From the NCBI RefSeq assembly GCF_006345805.1, contig NC_042997.1, positions 207,204,001 through 207,268,000 of the forward strand: a stretch of DNA of 64,000 nt, written 5' to 3'. The notes under the pieces were generated by a model. That model was given only the letters and a program-made list of their open reading frames with translations. It had not been told where the DNA came from and did no database searches. This DNA comes from Octopus sinensis. Taxonomy: Eukaryota. Made by a program: the position numbers and the translations under genes. Each line of letters opens with the position of its first letter. Position 1 is the first letter of the stretch. Of this stretch, positions 1 to 12,298 are shown piece after piece.

Positions 1-472
1 GTGTGTAATAGTCAGAGTTGTTATTTGAAATGTCTTGTGTTGATATACAGCATCTGTACATACAGACTACTGTAAACATCTATAGACTATATTGGTACAT
101 ATAGACTAATGTAAGTACGTTGTTTGTATACAACTATATTCTGTATGTATAGTAAGCAGCTTGTATATAAACTGAGCGTCATATATACATATTCTATATA
201 CAATATGTGTTGGGGACAGAAAAAGATTGTTTGGCTGGACCCGTTCCTTTTCTTCTTTCTCCAGTGTTGGGTACACATCTGCAGATATACTCTGTAGGAC
301 AGTATATATAACATTGAAGTAAAGCACTGTTGACATACCAGTAATTCACTGGGATTTACTCAAAGCCAGTCTGTTTCAACAGAAATGTTCTTCCTTTGTT
401 TTAAACAGTTTTGAAAATAATGAAGACTAAAGCTGATGCTTGGACATAACATGGAGTCTGGAAAGCAATTAC

Positions 473-1303
473 AATTCCATGAATAATGTTTTCTTATTCT
501 TTAAGTAACAATTCCTCCCCAAACTACAGAATATTCGAAAGCCTGTCCATCGTAAGACAGGGTTTTATAATACAATGAATAGAAATGTAAATTTAAAACA
601 ACATTCACGGTAGAAGCAATGAATAAAAGCATTGCATTGAAATTAACAGAAATTAATTATGAAATTATGTTTTTCATTGAGTGATGATAAATTATTTGTT
701 TACTTCTAACAGAAATTTGATGAATATTTCCAAGGAAACACAACAGGTAGTTCAACTGCATCATCAGGTAAATACTTTCTTTTTATTTATCTTAAATGTA
801 TATTCAAATTATGTCATGTCACACTTAATTGCTACTGGTAACATGTAACGCAGTACAACCTATCGCAGGTCAGATGGTCAGTGACTAAACTGGCCACTAG
901 ACTGAGCTTTCTGGGTATTTGTTGGATACTCTGCAGGATGGGAAATTCAACCTGCGAAAAGGCGAAGGACCTCATGTGTAGACAACGGCCATTCAATAAT
1001 GTGTATATATGTACGTCTGGATTGTGTGTATGTGCACGTGCATGAAAGTATATCTGTATTGTGTATTTTTAAAACTTCTTTTTCGTATTTCTATATTTAT
1101 ACATTTATATTTATATTTTTATGCACCCCTTTTATATTTTGATAGTTTTAGCATTTTTCTTTTTGATATTTTTATATTCTTATTTCATATTCTATTATAT
1201 TGTTATATTTGTGTATTTATAGTTTTACATATGTGTAATTTCTTTATATCAGGGAGGATTAGTAACTCTTGTGGGAGGGGCTAATCACATTTCATAGGAC
1301 TGG
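473..1303 (+). repeat. Duplicated exon-plus-flank block, copy 1
   Basis: Near-identical direct repeat of 34413-35263; the match ends at ...ctaatcacatt(t/c)cataggactg. Confidence 0.95.
713..767 (+). CDS. PARP14: Coding exon, 55 nt (KFDEYFQGNTTGSSTASS): likely end helix of a preceding macrodomain plus linker
   Basis: ttctaacAG|AAATTT...TCATCAG|GTaaat. Ends in phase 1, matching the phase-1 start of 25258. A second frame is also open, so the frame is inferred from the join. Confidence 0.65.
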
Positions 1304-4300
1304 CAGTACCAGCAGGTTTTGTAGGGTGCATGCTGCATGATGAATCAATATGGGCCTCTGGTCATCCACTGCTGCAGAAACGGTCTCCAATCGTAGCAAT
1401 GTTCCATGCCACTGACTCAAGTAATTTTTTCTTGATGAGAGAGTGCAATTATCTTTGTGAAATGGCTTCCAAACTGACAACAATTTCATGCACAGGTGTT
1501 TGTGCTTCTCAGCCTTCCAACAGTCAATCTCATACCCTGTGGTGAGATAGACCATTAGTGAAGGCTGCAGGTGGAGATAAGTGCTCGGAGTTCTAGACAC
1601 AAGCCTGCACATAGGAGACCAGCAGACCAGTGGTCGCTGTCATTGCATTACACATCAGAAAATTTAACAGCAACCTAAGTGACTGAGCAGCGTTATTAGG
1701 ACCACACTGCCACCTAGTAAGATAAGGGTCTAGAAAAAGTGTTAAAGAAAGCTTTCCCTGAACAGATGTGGTCAGCTACTCGCAGCTGATAGACTTAGCC
1801 ATTTGCAGTCAATTCAAACGGAGAAAAAAAGACCTAACCATTGCTACAAGGATCATTCTTAGCCAAAGAATTGTGGTGATACAATATCGACCTTGCAGCA
1901 ATCTAGGCTGAGGAATGGTCCCTGACAGAATCAGGCAGCAGCTACACTTTCATCTGGAAAGGAAAGACTGTACACGAGAAGAGAATATATGTATTTGGAG
2001 AAACCATTAAGTCCTGTCTCCTGAAACAGTCTCCCAACCTTCATACAGGTGTAAATGAAAAGCCTATGAAACTCTACCTCCCTATTAGCCACAAACACTT
2101 CGTGCCTGTCATGAGTGGGTATGACCCTACAATTTCATGCTCAGAAGAGATCAAACAGCAGTTCTGTGCTGACTGGGACACTGTGCTACATCACATGCCT
2201 GCTACTGACAAGCTTATAAATACTAGGGGACTTCAATGCTGTTGTTGGCAAGGATTAAGAGTGGTGGAGAAGGGTTAGCTAAGAGGGGTGGGTGAGAAAG
2301 ATTAAGGAAGGGACAGAAAGGGATGATTGATGGAAGGTTGTATGGACGGAGATGATGATGCAAGTGAGGCAACTGGTATTAACGAAAGGGTGGTGGTGGT
2401 GGTGATGAATATGTGATGATTCTGCTCTCAAATGGTTACAGCAGCAAAGTAGGACCGTAGTTAGAAGAGTAATGGAGGGATGGGTGTTAGGAAGATGAGA
2501 TGTGGTGAAGGGAATGCTTCACAGGGACAGATGTGGGTGTTGGGCCCAGCATGGACAGGAATAGATTGCTATTTACTTGAAAAATAAAGGGGATGATTAG
2601 ATTTCCAAGCAAGTAAGATTTTGTCAAAAAATGAAATTTGTGTATGTATAAATCAATATCTATAAAAGAAGAAAAAGGAAATGGAGATTGAGAGGTTAAG
2701 AGTTGTTTATTATTGACAACAGATCAATCATGATCTACATAATCCACATGCATATACTTATCTGTGTGTATATGCACATATACGTATATACACGAACACA
2801 TTAATACGTATGCACAATCATACATATATCTGTGTGTGTGTGTGTGTATGTGTGTGTGTGTTTACATCTTTTACCCGTCAACTGTTAGAGTTAATATAGA
2901 TCCATGTTGGTGAATTAATTTCAATTGGTTAATAAAATTTTGAATTATATCATTTACCTTATAGTGTTTCAAGGTAAGCATATTTGTTTAATGGTTTTGT
3001 AAACTTGTGATGTCTGAATTTGCATATGAAAATACTAAACATCTATGTACGTACATGTGTTCAAGCGTATGTAAATTTAGACATATATATATCTGGTGGT
3101 GTGGGTTATGGTCTAGTCACCTGCATTGTAAACTGGGTAGTTCATGAAGGAGTCATACCCAATGACTGGTGTAGCAGCACCATAGTCAACTGCTACAAGG
3201 GTCAAGGTGATGCTCTAGATAAAATGACTACAGGGGTATCAAACTTCTGGATCAGGTGATGAAGGTCATGGAGAGGGTCATAGCCCAACTAATTAGGGAG
3301 AAAGTCTGCTTAGATGAGATGCAGTTCGGTTTTGTACCAGGTAGAAGCACAACTGATGCTATATTCCTGGTATGGAAATACCTAGCCAAAGATAAACCCC
3401 TCTACTTGGCTTTTGTGCACTTGGAGAAAGCCTTTGACTGGATCCCCTGATCCCTTATCTGGTGGGGCGATGTGAAAACTAGGAATTCATGAATAGTTAA
3501 TAAGGGCTGTACAGGCCCTATACAGAGATGCCGTTTGTAAGGTTAGGGTTGGCAATGAGTATAGTGAAGAATTCTGAGTAAAGTAGGGGTCCACCAAGGA
3601 TCAGCCCTCAGCCACCACCACCCTCTTATTCATCATAGTCCTCCAGGCAATAACAGAGGAATTCAAGACGGATTGCGCCTGGGAATGACTTGGCCCTAAT
3701 AGTAGAATCCCTACCAGAAATAGAGAAGAAATTTCAGGTGTAGAAGCAAGGTTTAGTATTGAAGGGCCTAGTAGACAATGTCACAAACACCAAAGTCCTA
3801 GTAAGTAGAAAGGCGAACACATCACAACCCCCTTTAGGTAGATGGCCCTGCTGGATCTGTAGAAAAGGTTCAGGTAGAAACTCTATAAGATGCACCAAGT
3901 GTAAGCTATGGACACATAAGAGGTGCAGCAACATCTAAGGAAGTTTAATCGGGAAAACAGCTTTCATGTGCAGCAGATGCACAGGGGCAATAAACACCAC
4001 CGATACTCAGTAAACAGATTCCATCACATACCGGGGGGAAAAACTAGAAGTAGTTGATAGCTTTAGCTACCTGGGTGATCAAGTTAGTAGTTGGGGTGGA
4101 TGCTCTGAGAATGTTACCACTAGAATAAGAATAGCCTGGGCAAAGTTAGAAAACATCTACCCCTAATGGTGACAAAGGTCCTCTCAATCAGAGTGAAAGG
4201 TAGATTTTATGATGCATGCGTGCGAACTGCTATGCTTCATGGCAGTGAAACATGGGCTGTGACTGCTGAAGACATGTGTAGGCTCGAAGAATTGAAGCTG

Positions 4301-5496
4301 GCATGATCCGCTGGCTGTGTAATGTCAGTGTGCATACACAACGGAGTGTAAGTGCTCTGAGAGAAATGCTGAGCATAAGAAGCATTGGATGTGGTGTGCA
4401 AGAGAGAGACACCTATGCTGGTATGGTCTTGTACTATGGATGGATGAGAAGAGCTGTGTGAAGAAGTGTCACTCCTTCACAGTGGAAAAATTCGTGGAAG
4501 AGGGAGACCCAGGAAGACATGGGATGAGGGGGTGAAACATGACCATCGAATGTTGGCCCTCGCAGAGGCAATGACAAAAGTCCGAGATCTCCGGAGATAT
4601 GCTATGACTGAGAAGTGAGATCACAGGTGTCGCCTACGCCAGTGTAGCATAACCAGTCATCTCAAAAAGTACCTTTTGATCGTAGGGCGACATGCCATGC
4701 TTCAGGAGACATATTGAGTCACATACATCAACATCAAATCAAACCACAATCAAATGGAAATTGTAGTTGTGGCTGATGCCAGTGCCACCGGACTGGCTCC
4801 CCATGCCAGTGACTCATAAAAAGCACCTGGTCGTTGCCAGGCCCCTTTGGCTCGTGTGCCAGTGGAACATAAAACTCACCCACTACACTCACAGAGTGGT
4901 TGGCACTAGGAAGGACATCCAGCTGTAGAAACTCTGCCAGATCAGATAGGAGCCTGGTGTAGCCTCCTGGCTTCCCAGACCTCAGTCGAACAATCCAATC
5001 CATGCCAGCTTGGAAAATGGACGTTAAACGATAATGATGATGCATGTGTGGGTGTATATATGTATATATATATATATATATATGTTAGTTAGTTAGTTAG
5101 TTAGTTAATTTGGCTCAAAAGCAAATAGCAAGGCCATGTAGGGGAACATGGAGTAAGTACAGGGTGGTGTTCATGTAAAGAGTTCAGGCCACTTGAGGTC
5201 CAGGGAGGCTTTGAACAAAGCGGTCGTCGGCATCTTTACCATCTCGTCTGGCAGCTGGTTCCACGGATCCGCAACCCGGACGGAGAAAGCTCCTCTCCTT
5301 CGATTGAGATGAAATTGTCGCAGGTAGAGCTTTTCGGAATGACCCCGCAGCCGACGCTCTGGAGCAGGAGTGAAGAACAGTGGGCGAGAATGAGATCACT
5401 ACGGCGGCGGCGTTTTTCAAGAGAATAAAGGTCGAGCGTCCTCAGCCTTTCTTCGTAGGACAAATTTTTGAGACCATGAACCATGCGGGTAGCCAG

Positions 5497-5556
<60 letters not shown>

Positions 5557-6988
5557 GAGAGAGAGAGAGATGGATATATATATATATATATATATATATA
5601 AATTAGAAAAATCACCTTTTATCAATTCAAAATGAACAATTAAATTACACCACCTAGAAAATTACATATAATAGAAATTTTAATTATAAAATATCAATAA
5701 CATACCGATTATTAAGTAATGTGCAAAATAATAAATAAAACGTATATATTTGCTAGAATAACGACACGTGTTTCGTGGCTGTATTTAAAAAATGATTATA
5801 GTAAAAAAATTAGTAGTAGTAGTAAAATCACTTCGATATAAATATAGCCACTCATCAGGTTAAAAATAAACTACAATAATAAAATAATTAATTAATAAAA
5901 ATACGTAAATATTCTTTTAAAATATAAATATATTCTTTAAAATATATATATATATATAGCCTTATATATAAAAGTGAGGTTGTGTGCTGTCTGTCTCCTA
6001 CGATTTAGATTCCTAACTACTCCCACATTTTGCGGTGCAGTTTAACCAAAACCGGGTATCTTATAGTCGTGATTCATATTGAGCCCTTCTGGGTATTAGC
6101 GCACGTCTACGATGAGTCTACGATTTAAAAAAAATTTACCATCAATTTTTCCCATTTTTAATGCATTTTTGGCATATAAGGGAAGTAACTCTCTAAAAAT
6201 TCATTATTAAATCTCAGAACGTAAAAAGCTACAGTAACACCCCCCCCCTTTGTGGTTAGCCATATTGAGATGGCTATTATACTTTACATCTCTAAAAATG
6301 CTTATATAGTTATTTCCCTTACAAACCCGAGCAACGCCGGGCGATACTGCTAGTATATATATATATAAGATACTAAATATACATTAAGTGAAAACTAAAA
6401 CACGTGTCATTATTCTACCAAATATATACATTTTATTTATTATTTTATACATTACTTAATAATCGGAATATTATTGTTATTTTACATATTATGTGTAATT
6501 TAATTGTTCATTTTGAATTGATAAAAGGTGGTTTTTCTAATTTTTATATATCTGTATATATAAAACTGAGAATGTCTGTTGTCTATCTGTCTGTGTGAAC
6601 CCCTAAAACTTGAGAACTACACAACCAATTTCATTCAAATTTTACACATGCCTTACTTAGGGTCCATGTAGTGTAATGGGCAAAAAAACATTTTCAAGTT
6701 CTTGCCTAGTGTGTGCCCACAGCAATATCGTATCTTCTCCACTATTTCAGTATTACGTGTCAAAAGTGAAACAATAACATCACTCTACTGTAATGTCCAA
6801 TGCTTTCACTTCAATTCTGAAATCATTATATAAGTGGCATGAACTGAAAGTGAACATCCCTCTTGTATGTATGTAATATAATCTTTTCTGAAACTTCAGA
6901 CTTTTCAATATGCTACACCTCTGGTTTTAAATTGATATTAATCAAATTAATATTCAATTTTTCACCCTTATTATTTTAAATTTAAATT

Positions 6989-7029
<41 letters not shown>

Positions 7030-7598
7030 ACCCACGCCAACCTCCCTTCATTGGACACTAAACTCTGCTTGCAAAGACCTGTTGGGGCAAGTGAAATCGA
7101 AATCAAAATCAAAATTGAACCAAATTCGATGACTGGCACCCGGCAGTTGCCAGGACCACTGGACTGACTCCTGTGCAGGTGGCAAGTAAAGAAACACCGT
7201 TTCGACCCTGTGCTTGAGGAGACCTATTGAGTCAAGTACATCAACATAAAAAATCAATGGAAATTGTAGTTGTGATCCCTGTGCCGGTAGCACATAAAAA
7301 GCACCATCCGAAAGTGACTTATGCCAGCGCCACCTTGACTGGTTTCCATGCTGGTGGCACGTAACAAGCACCAACAGATCGTGGCTGTTGCCAGCCTCAC
7401 CTGGCATCTGTGCCGGTGGTACGTAAAAGGCATCCACTACACTCATGGAGTGGTTGGCATTAGGAAGGACATCCAGCTGTAGAAACACTGCCAGATCAGA
7501 CTGGAGCCTGGTGCAGCCTCCTGGCTTCCTGAGTTCCCAGTCAAACCGTCCAACCCATGCTAGCATGGAAAACGGACGTTAAACGATGATGATGATGA

Positions 7599-7641
<43 letters not shown>

Positions 7642-10600
7642 CAATCCTATGACTGGCACCCGGCAGATGCCAGGACCCCTGGACTGGAGATACGTAAAAA
7701 GCACTATCTGAATCATGGCCGATGCCAGCGCCGCCTCGACTGGCGTCCGTGTCGGTAGCACGTAAAAAGCACCATCCGAATCGTGGCCGAAGCCAGTGCC
7801 GCCCCGACTGGCTTCCGTGCAGGTGGCATGTAAAATGCACCAATCCGACCGTGGCCGATGCCAGCCTCGCCTGGCACCAGTGCAGGTGGCACGTAAAAAG
7901 CATCCACTACACTCACGGAGTGGTTGGCGTTAGGAAGGGCATCCAGCTGTAGAAACATTGCCAGAAAAGACCGGAGCCTGGTGCAGCCTTCTGGCTTCCC
8001 AGATCCCCGGTCGAACCGTCCAACCCATGCTAGCATGGAGAACGGACGTTAAACGATGATGATGATGATGATGATGATGTATATATATGGATGTACTTAT
8101 ATACATGTATATGTATAGCTGTATATGTATACATGTATATGTGTGGATGTATATATATATATAGATGTACATGTAATATGTACACATATATATACACATA
8201 TATATGTGCATATATATATATACACCCATACACTCACACACACACACATAGGTGCAGGTGTGGCTGTGTGGTAACAAACTTGGTTCCAAAACACATGGTC
8301 CTCAGTTCAGTCCCACTGTGTGGTAACTTGGCATGTGTCTTCTGCTATAGCCTCAGACCAACCAAAGCCTTGTCAGTGGATTTTGTAGACAGAAACTGAA
8401 AGAAATCAATTGTATATATATGTAAGTATATATTTAAGTCTATGTGTGTGTCTTTGTGTTTCTCCCTCATCACTGCTTCATAACTGCTGTTCGTTTATTT
8501 ACATCCCCATAACTTACTGGTTTCATGAGAAGAATCTGATAGAATAAGTACCAGACTTATCAAAATAAAAAATAAAGCCACTAGGCAGTATCTTATATTT
8601 TGTTTGCATACACAATTTGTCTTTGTGTGTGTGTGTGTGTGTATATCTTCTAATTTTTATATATATATATCATCATCATCATCATCATCGTTTAACGTCC
8701 GTTCTCCATGCTAGCATGGGTTGGACGGTTCGACCGGGGTTCTGGGAAGCCAGAAGGCTGCACCAGGCTCCAGTCTAATCTGGCAATGTTTCTGCAGCTG
8801 GATGCCCTTCCTAACGCCAACCACTCCGTGAGTGTAGTGGGTGCTTTTTACGTGCCACCTGCACAGGTGCCAGGCGAGGCTGGCAACGGCCACGGTCAGA
8901 TTGGTGTATTTTATGTGCCACCGGCACGGAAGCCAGTCGAGGCGGTGCTGGCATTGGCCACGAGTCGGATAGTGCTTTTTATGTACCACCAGACCAGGGA
9001 TCCTGGCTGGTTCAATTCGATTTCGATTTCGCTTGCCCCAACATGTCTTCACAAGCAAAGGGGGTTGGCATGGGTGCCTGTCGTACGGTCGCATTGGAGT
9101 ATTTTATGTGCCACGGCCACGAGTCGGATAGTGCTTTTTACGTACCACCAGGCCAGGGATCCTGGCTGGTTCAATTCGGTTTCGATTTCGATTTCGCTTG
9201 CCCCAACATGTCTTCGCAAGCATGGGGGGTTGGCATGGGTGTCTGTCGTCGGATGAGGTTCTATATCGACTTCGCTTGCCTCAACAGGTCTTTGTGTCCA
9301 AGGGAGGAAAGGCATTCATAAGTGGGCAGGGCTCACTTGTCCTGCCTGGTCTTCTCACGTACAGAATATTTCCAAAGGTCTCGGTCGCTGGTCATTTCCT
9401 CAGTGAGGCCTAAAGTTCGAAGGTCGTGCTTCACCACCTCATCCCAGGTTTTCCTGGGTCTACCTCTTCCACGGGTTCCCTCAACTGCTAGGGATTGGCA
9501 CTTTCTCACACACCTATCTTCATCCATTCTCTCCACATGACCATACCAGCACAATCGTCTCTCTTGCACACCACAACTGATGCTTCTTAGGTACAACATT
9601 TCTCTCAAGGTGCTAACGCTCTGTCGAGTATGTACACTGACATTACACATCCATCGGAACATACTGGCTTCATTCCTCACGAGCTTACGCATGTCCTCAG
9701 CAGTCACGGCCCATGTTTCGCTGCCATGTAGCATGGCAGTTCGTACACATGCATCATACAGTCTGCCTTTTACTCTGAGCGAGAGGCCTTTAGTCACCAG
9801 CAGAGGTAAGAGCTCCCTAAACTTTGCCCAGGCTATTCTTATTCTAGCAGTTACACTTTCAGCGCACCCTCCCCCACTACTGACTTGGTCACCTAGATAA
9901 CAGAAGCTATCAACTACTTCTAGTTTTTCCCCCTGGAAAGTGACGGAAGTTGTTTTCTGCCGATTTTCGGAGGTTAATGCTCCCGAGCATCTGCCACATA
10001 CAAAAACTATCTTCCCAGTTAGCCTACCTTTGACATTGCTGCACCTCTTATGTGTCCATAGCTTACACTGGGTACATCTTATAGAGTTTCTACCTACACC
10101 TTTTCTACAGATCGAGCAGGGCCATCTTCCTGAAGACATTTGTGGATTGTCTACCTTCCTACTTATTAGTACTTTGGTTTTAGCTAGGTTGACTCTAAGG
10201 CCCCTTGATTCTAAACCCTCCTTCCACACCTGGAACTTCTCCTCCAGTTCTGATAGTGACTCAGAAATAAGAGCAAGGTCGTCAGTGTAGAGGAGCTCCC
10301 AGGGACAGCCTGTCTTGAATTCCTCCGTAATTGCCTGGAGTACTATGATAAATAGGAGGGGGCTGAGTACTGAACCCTGGTGGACCCCAACCTCTACTTT
10401 GAATTCTTCTGTGTACATGTTGCCAACCCTAACCTTACTTACGGCATCTCTGTACATGGCTTGCACAGTCCTCACCAGCCATTCATCTATCCCTAGTTTC
10501 CTCATTGACCACCAGATAAGGGATCGAGGGACCCTATCAAAAGCTTTCTCCATGTCAACGATAGCCAGGTACAGGGGCTTATCTTTGGCTAGGTATTCTC

Positions 10601-12149
10601 CTGCAGCTGCCTTACCAGGAATATAGCATCAGTGGTACTTTTCCTGGCACGAACCCAAACTGCATCTCATCTAAACTAAATCTCTCTCTAATTAGTTGGG
10701 CTATGACCCTCTCCGTAACCTTCATTACTTGATCCAACAGCTTGATACCTCTGTAATTATTTGTATCTAGGGCATCACCTTTACCTTTGTAGCAGTTGAC
10801 TAGTATGCTGCTGCACCAGTCATTGGGTATGACTCCTTCGTGTATCACCTGGTTGACTATACGGGTGACTAGGTTATAGCCGACACTGCCAGATATTTTG
10901 AGCATCTCTGCAGTAATTCCTGATGGGCCTGTGGCTTTCCCTGTCTTCATGCTTCTAATTGCCTTAGCTACCACGGAACTATCAACTCGGATAGCTGGTC
11001 CCTCTGTAGGGTCAACATTCGGCAGACTCTCTTTATCCCATTCATTTTCCTCATTCAGCAACCTTTCATAGTGGCGTTTCCAAGCTTCTCTCTTTGCATC
11101 CTCATTTAGCGCAAGTGCACCATCCTCCATGCGAACACATTTCTCTCCTACCACATCACGATTCTCTCTCACACATTGTCTTGCAACACGAAATACCTCA
11201 AGTCTTTCATCCTCACGGCGCAGGACATTGGCAAATTTTCTCTTATCTGCTTCCCCTCTGGCTAGATAGACCTGTCTCCTAGCTTCCCTTCTGGCAGTCT
11301 GATACAATTCCCTGCTACCACCGTTCTTCCAGGCCTTCCAAGCCTGTTTCTTTTGTCTAATAGCCCTGTCAACAATATTGTTCCACCACCACGTTATTTT
11401 GGGTCTTAAGGGGACTTTGCACCAGCCACAGATCTGGTCAGCGGCTTTCAGCAGGTTGTCCCTCAGAAACGTCCAGTTGTCTTCTACCCCATGTGTAGCT
11501 ATACCCCCTTCCACTTCGTCAAAGGCTTCAAGTAACATATCTCTAAATCTCTGTCCATTCGCAGGGTCTTTAAGCTTCCAGACCCTTCTTCTCCATGTTG
11601 GTCGTCTTCTAGTCGCCCTCTTAGTCCTGATCCTAAAGTCACTAACTACCAGTCTATGTTGTGGGGTGCATTCTTCGCCTGGGAAGGTTTTGGCATTTAT
11701 AAGCAGCCATCTTTCCCTTTTTCTGGCAAGGATGTAGTCGATTTGGCTAGTATGCCGGCCCGATCGGTAGGTGACCAGGTGGCTTGTTGGTTTCCTGAAG
11801 TTAGTGTTGCAGACCATAAGACTATTCGCATCGCAGAACTCCAGCAGCCTGGTTCCCTCCTCGTTGCGGGAACCATAACCGTAGCCTCCATGTACGCCAT
11901 GGAAGCCCCCAGCATGTCGTCCAACATGCCCATTGAAATCACCAGCCACAAAGAGAAGGTCCCTGTCGTTCGTCAATGAGGTGGTCTGCAGTAGGGTGTC
12001 ATAGAAACTGTCTTTCTGTCCATCGGGTAGCCCTGGCTGAGGGGCATAGGCCGATATAATGGTTGCTAATCTATTATGAAGCACTATTCTAATCTTAAGT
12101 ATTCTGTCACTTACTCTGATTACCTCAATTACTCTATCTATATATATAT

Positions 12150-12180
<31 letters not shown>

Positions 12181-12259
12181 TATATTTTGTGAAATTTGAT
12201 TTAGTATTTCTAAAATGAATTTTTCCCTGAAAGTTAGGAATAATTTCCCTCAAATAATT

Positions 12260-12298
<39 letters not shown>

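Noticed and set aside
860-990. HDV-like ribozyme suggested by GGCGAAGGAC
   Set aside because: No consistent P1/P1.1/P3-L3 pseudoknot could be built on either strand.
8251-8330. tRNA genes at SINE heads (also 59310, 63209)
   Set aside because: A/B-box-like motifs only; there is no complete cloverleaf and each continues into SINE body sequence.
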